Assembly (NCBI GenBank): GCA_964452145.1
Contig: CAYVLA010000032.1
Coordinates: 1 to 30,170, forward strand
Source of the DNA: Candidatus Hadarchaeota archaeon
GTDB taxonomy: Archaea > CAYQAE01 > CAYVLA01
DNA: 30,170 nucleotides
Direction: 5' to 3'
A model generated the notes under the pieces. The model was not told the DNA's origin and did no database searches. It was given only the letters and a program-made list of their open reading frames with translations. A program made the position numbers and the translations under genes. This document shows positions 26,732-30,170 of the stretch, piece by piece (position 1 is the first letter of the stretch; the number at the start of each line of letters is the position of its first letter).

Positions 26732-27518
26732 CAACGTTCTGGAGATGCAGGGCGTATCCAAGGTCTACGAAAGCGGGCCGAACAAGGTGAAAGCGCTGGA
26801 CGGGATCGATCTCGCGGTGGAGCGAGGCACCCTCGTGTCCATCATGGGCTCGTCAGGGTGCGGGAAGACCACTCTCCTGAACATCGTCGGATGTCTCGAT
26901 ACCCCGACCTCAGGTTCGGTCACGCTGGACGGCATCAACCTGAACACGGTTCCCAGGGGCGACCTGCCGACGATAAGGGCCCAGAAGGTCGGCTTCATCT
27001 TCCAGACCTTCAATCTGATGCCAACATTATCGGTGCTGGAGAACGTCGAGCTCCCGATGGAGAGGGGAACGATCCCGAAGAAGGAAAGGAGGGCCACCGC
27101 CATCTCGCTGCTCGAGCAGGTGGGCCTGACGAAGAGAAGCGACCATCGGCCCAACCAGCTCAGCGCGGGTGAGCAGCAGAGGGTTGCGATAGCCAGAGCG
27201 CTGGCCAACAGCCCCGCCCTCATACTGGGCGACGAGCCGACCGGGAACCTTGACAGCAAGACCGGCATGGGGGTGGTCAAAATCCTGAGGCAGCTCGCTG
27301 CAGACTCGAAGGTCACGATCCTGCTTGTGACACACGACAGGTCGATCGGGTCCTTGGGTGACAGGATGCTGTTCCTGCGGGACGGCAAGCTTCTGAAGGA
27401 GGAGAAGAAGGGTACGCTGGCACCTGAGAGAGGAGAGAGACCGACCTGTCCCAGCTGCGGGCGAGGAATAGCATCCGATTTCGTCTTGTGTCCCTACTGC
27501 GGGGTGAAGATAGCGTGA
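26724..27518 (+). CDS. LolD/MacB-type ABC ATPase with C-terminal zinc ribbon
   Basis: Walker A GSSGCGKT, GFIFQTFNL, LSAGEQQR, LILGDEPTGNLD, VTHD; tail CPSCG-x8-CPYCG. Confidence 0.93.
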   Translation: MSSNVLEMQGVSKVYESGPNKVKALDGIDLAVERGTLVSIMGSSGCGKTTLLNIVGCLDTPTSGSVTLDGINLNTVPRGDLPTIRAQKVGFIFQTFNLMPTLSVLENVELPMERGTIPKKERRATAISLLEQVGLTKRSDHRPNQLSAGEQQRVAIARALANSPALILGDEPTGNLDSKTGMGVVKILRQLAADSKVTILLVTHDRSIGSLGDRMLFLRDGKLLKEEKKGTLAPERGERPTCPSCGRGIASDFVLCPYCGVKIA

Positions 27519-28567
27519 GTTTGGAGCGAGGCCCGGAAGCCGAGGTGACAGATACGTTCACAGAGGAGGCCCCCATTCCCGTCGTGGCACGGATCTTCGG
27601 ACCGGTTGAATCCGGGAGGAAGCTACCAACACGAGTCTGGGCGGTCCTCATCGTGCTGGTCGTCCTGTGTTCGGCGACAGGGGCTGCGAACATACTGGCT
27701 TGGGCGAGACTGAAAGCCGAAACGGGCAAGGTGACGAGCCTCTCGGAACACCTGGCGGATTCCGAACTGGCGCTGGCACAGCAGGCCGAGCAGGCCAAAG
27801 CGTACGCCGCACTCCTGGATCAGTACCAACAGATCGTTCGCAGCTACCAGGAAAGGTTGCTTGAGGCCAACATCAGCCTCTCACTCCTCACGGCCAATCT
27901 CAGTGTCAATGCCTCACAGATGTACATCTCCTTCAGCAGTGCGTCGGTGACCGCCCCAGCGGTGAGGACTGTAGTAGTGGGGCGCTCGGTGACGTATGAG
28001 GGAGTGGCAACGACGCTGAGCTTGGAGATGATCCCCGGGAAGGGAAGGGTTCTTGTCAATACGAAGCCCCTTATGGGCCAGGTGTTTCAGGACACCGCTG
28101 TTCTGGCCAAGGAGACGGCGGAGACCCTCTCCGGCAAGAGTCTGGCAAACTATGATCTGATATTCTCCATAGAGGCCCCGGCCGAGATACCCGGCGTCGA
28201 CGGTCCCAGTGCGGGCGCTGCCATGTGCCTGCTAGTTCTGGCCCTGGTTAGCGGCGAGTCGCTGGATCCGGGAGTGGCAGTCACGGGGACCATACAGCCG
28301 GACGGCACGGTCGGCGAGATCGGAGGCCTGCTGGAAAAGGCCCAGGCCGCCAAGGCCTCGGGATCGACCACTTTTCTGATATCTGAACAGAACTCGAAAC
28401 TGACCATCTACAAGGAGGGAACGATCACGAGCAGGGGCCGGGTCTACAGGACCCTGGTGGCCGAGCAAGTCTCGACGGAGGAATACATCGAGGAGAACGT
28501 CGGAATACAGGTCGAGCTCGTCCGTGGTGTGCGGGACCTTCTCCGCCTTGCCAGTGGACAGGAGTGA
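27515..28567 (+). CDS. Membrane-anchored S16 (Lon-like) serine protease lacking the AAA+ domain
   Basis: TM helix, coiled coil, PGKGRV, DGPSAG with Lys 43 residues later (TGTI..DGTVGEIGGLLEK). GTG overlaps the ATPase stop (GTGA). Confidence 0.88.
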   Translation: MSLERGPEAEVTDTFTEEAPIPVVARIFGPVESGRKLPTRVWAVLIVLVVLCSATGAANILAWARLKAETGKVTSLSEHLADSELALAQQAEQAKAYAALLDQYQQIVRSYQERLLEANISLSLLTANLSVNASQMYISFSSASVTAPAVRTVVVGRSVTYEGVATTLSLEMIPGKGRVLVNTKPLMGQVFQDTAVLAKETAETLSGKSLANYDLIFSIEAPAEIPGVDGPSAGAAMCLLVLALVSGESLDPGVAVTGTIQPDGTVGEIGGLLEKAQAAKASGSTTFLISEQNSKLTIYKEGTITSRGRVYRTLVAEQVSTEEYIEENVGIQVELVRGVRDLLRLASGQE

Positions 28568-29146
28568 TTCACCAGCCACGGGGTCGTCCGCATCAAGGAT
28601 GGCAGGGGGACTTGCGCACTGAGGCCTCTGGCCGAAGATGGATCGAATGTGGATCTCGACCGTCTGCGGAAACAGTTCCCATCCGGATTCACCGGGTTCG
28701 TCGGGCTCCCTCTGGATGAAAGATGTGAGGGCCGCTTGGAAATAGCAAATCAGGGGGTCAGCGTTGTCATCCAAGGTCGATCCCAGATCCCTGCTACGAG
28801 GCCCCGAACCTTTCCCGCCCGAGGCGCTGAAGTCCTCTCCAATGTGCAGCTGGGCGGGTGCAGATGTTGACCACACGGGCCAGCACAGGTTCACGGACAA
28901 TCTCTGCAGATGGGTGCCCCTTGAACCGATGTCATGCGCCCGATTCGGCTCCGCACTTGAGGTGGAACTGGTTATCTTGTTGCCGGCACAATCTGCATCG
29001 GGTGCAGTATCGCGCTTCCAGAAACGATGCTGACTTCCTCCAGCAGTGAAGAGTTATCTGCGAGGGGATCGTCCTCCATATCACAGAATTAGCTGCGCTG
29101 TCGCCAGTCAATGAGGCAGGGCAGCAAACGGTTGGCCCGCCAGGAC

Positions 29147-30170
29147 ATGTCGGTTCCCAAGTGGTACGTCATAGCTCGGAATGAATACCGCATCCGCACG
29201 AGCAGAGTGAGGCTGCTCAGGCCCCTATTTCCCTATCTGGTCGTGGCCCTGCTGGCGGCCTACGTGGCCTTCATCGCACCAGCACTGGTGAGCGTCTTCG
29301 TGGACGAGTTCGTGTCCCTCATGCTCTCCCGGGCCGCCATCGCCATGGTCCAGATCATCCTGTTTCTGGTGTTCATATACTTCATGATCATCCCGATCAC
29401 CGACACCCTTCGGGATGTCCAGGCAGGGGAACTGGAGATATTCCTCTCCGCCCCGGTCAAGCCGAGCCATGTCCTGATCGGCGACTTCCTGGGCGAGATG
29501 ATCTTCTACGTGATATTCATCACGGTGGTGGCGGGCATCTTCACCGCTGCGCTCAGGCCCTTGGGGCTGAGCCTGCCACAGATGGGCCTGGTAGTGGTGA
29601 TCTTCGCATTGGTCTTCCTCTCGGCGTCCTGGGTCGGCACCGTGATTGCCTCGGTTCTGAGGACCAGGCTCGGGGAGGGCGGCAAGGGGCAGGACATCGG
29701 GAAGGCCCTGTCCTTCCTGGTCGCCCTTCCGATCGTGTTCATGATATACGCGATACAGTTCGGTGGGCTGCTTCAGGCCTTGTCCGATCCAGCTGCAAGC
29801 GGAGCCGTCAGAACCTTGCTGGGCCTACTGCCGAGTTCATGGGGAGCCTGGGTGATCGCCGGCTTTGCCTCCGAGCCTGGAGGTCTGGGTGCACTGGGTC
29901 CCCCGGCGATCCTGAGGCTCGCGGGTCTTGCGCTGTTCTTCCTGGGGTCGCTCTGGGCAGGATCGAAGATTGCGGACAGGTGCTACAGCCTGGAGCCCGC
30001 CACATTCACCTCCTCCAAGGCGGGGTCCGATGGGGCCTTCTACAGAGGCGTCAGATCGTTGGTGGGAGGCGGTTCCTTCGGGATTCTCTTCGTCTCGATC
30101 CTTAAGGAGTACGCTAGAAGGCTGGAGAATCTGTCAAGGCTCGCCTACATGCTCGGCGTGATCTTGATCA
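29147..30170 (+). CDS. Partial polytopic membrane protein, ABC-2/exporter permease-like (runs off the window)
   Basis: Absent from the ORF track because it has no stop. Open frame MSVPKWYVIARNEYRIRTS... with many TM helices, LEIFLSAPVKPSHVLIG and LLPSSW. Alternative in-frame ATG at 29111. Confidence 0.8.
   Translation, partial: MSVPKWYVIARNEYRIRTSRVRLLRPLFPYLVVALLAAYVAFIAPALVSVFVDEFVSLMLSRAAIAMVQIILFLVFIYFMIIPITDTLRDVQAGELEIFLSAPVKPSHVLIGDFLGEMIFYVIFITVVAGIFTAALRPLGLSLPQMGLVVVIFALVFLSASWVGTVIASVLRTRLGEGGKGQDIGKALSFLVALPIVFMIYAIQFGGLLQALSDPAASGAVRTLLGLLPSSWGAWVIAGFASEPGGLGALGPPAILRLAGLALFFLGSLWAGSKIADRCYSLEPATFTSSKAGSDGAFYRGVRSLVGGGSFGILFVSILKEYARRLENLSRLAYMLGVILI

Noticed and set aside
1..30170. 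CRISPR array, tRNA/rRNA, transposase, integrase or defence system
   Set aside because: No regularly spaced repeats, cloverleaf or rRNA signatures, or recombinase/nuclease motifs were seen by eye. A covariance-model scan would be needed to exclude small RNAs.

Overview
GC-rich (roughly 60%) prokaryotic DNA that looks archaeal. The evidence is TATA/BRE-like boxes about 25-50 bp upstream of several starts, an archaeal-type ValRS, an archaeal ATP-independent S16 protease and surface proteins rich in N-glycosylation sequons. The lineage cannot be fixed from sequence alone. About 25 CDS are present. They include a secreted FG-GAP repeat protein, a membrane-anchored GATase-like protein and a truncated paralog of it, a DUF4855-like protein with a zinc ribbon, a Thr-type sulfatase-like enzyme and a methyltransferase. 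Also present are tldD/tldE, an ArgA-like GNAT, an orphan hisF, a ceramidase-family hydrolase, valS, an ArsR regulator with a frameshifted partner gene, a PNPOx-like flavoprotein and a GHL15-like hydrolase. Near the right end lie a coupled MacB/FtsX permease + ATPase + Lon-like protease operon and a partial membrane permease. No rRNA, tRNA, CRISPR array or transposase was recognised. The best candidate for an undescribed system is the ABC + coiled-coil extracellular Lon-like protease operon (25367-28567). Other notable items are a ValRS whose KMSKS motif reads PMHAS and box C/D-like motifs on both sides of hisF. All family calls come from motif recognition by eye, not from database searches.
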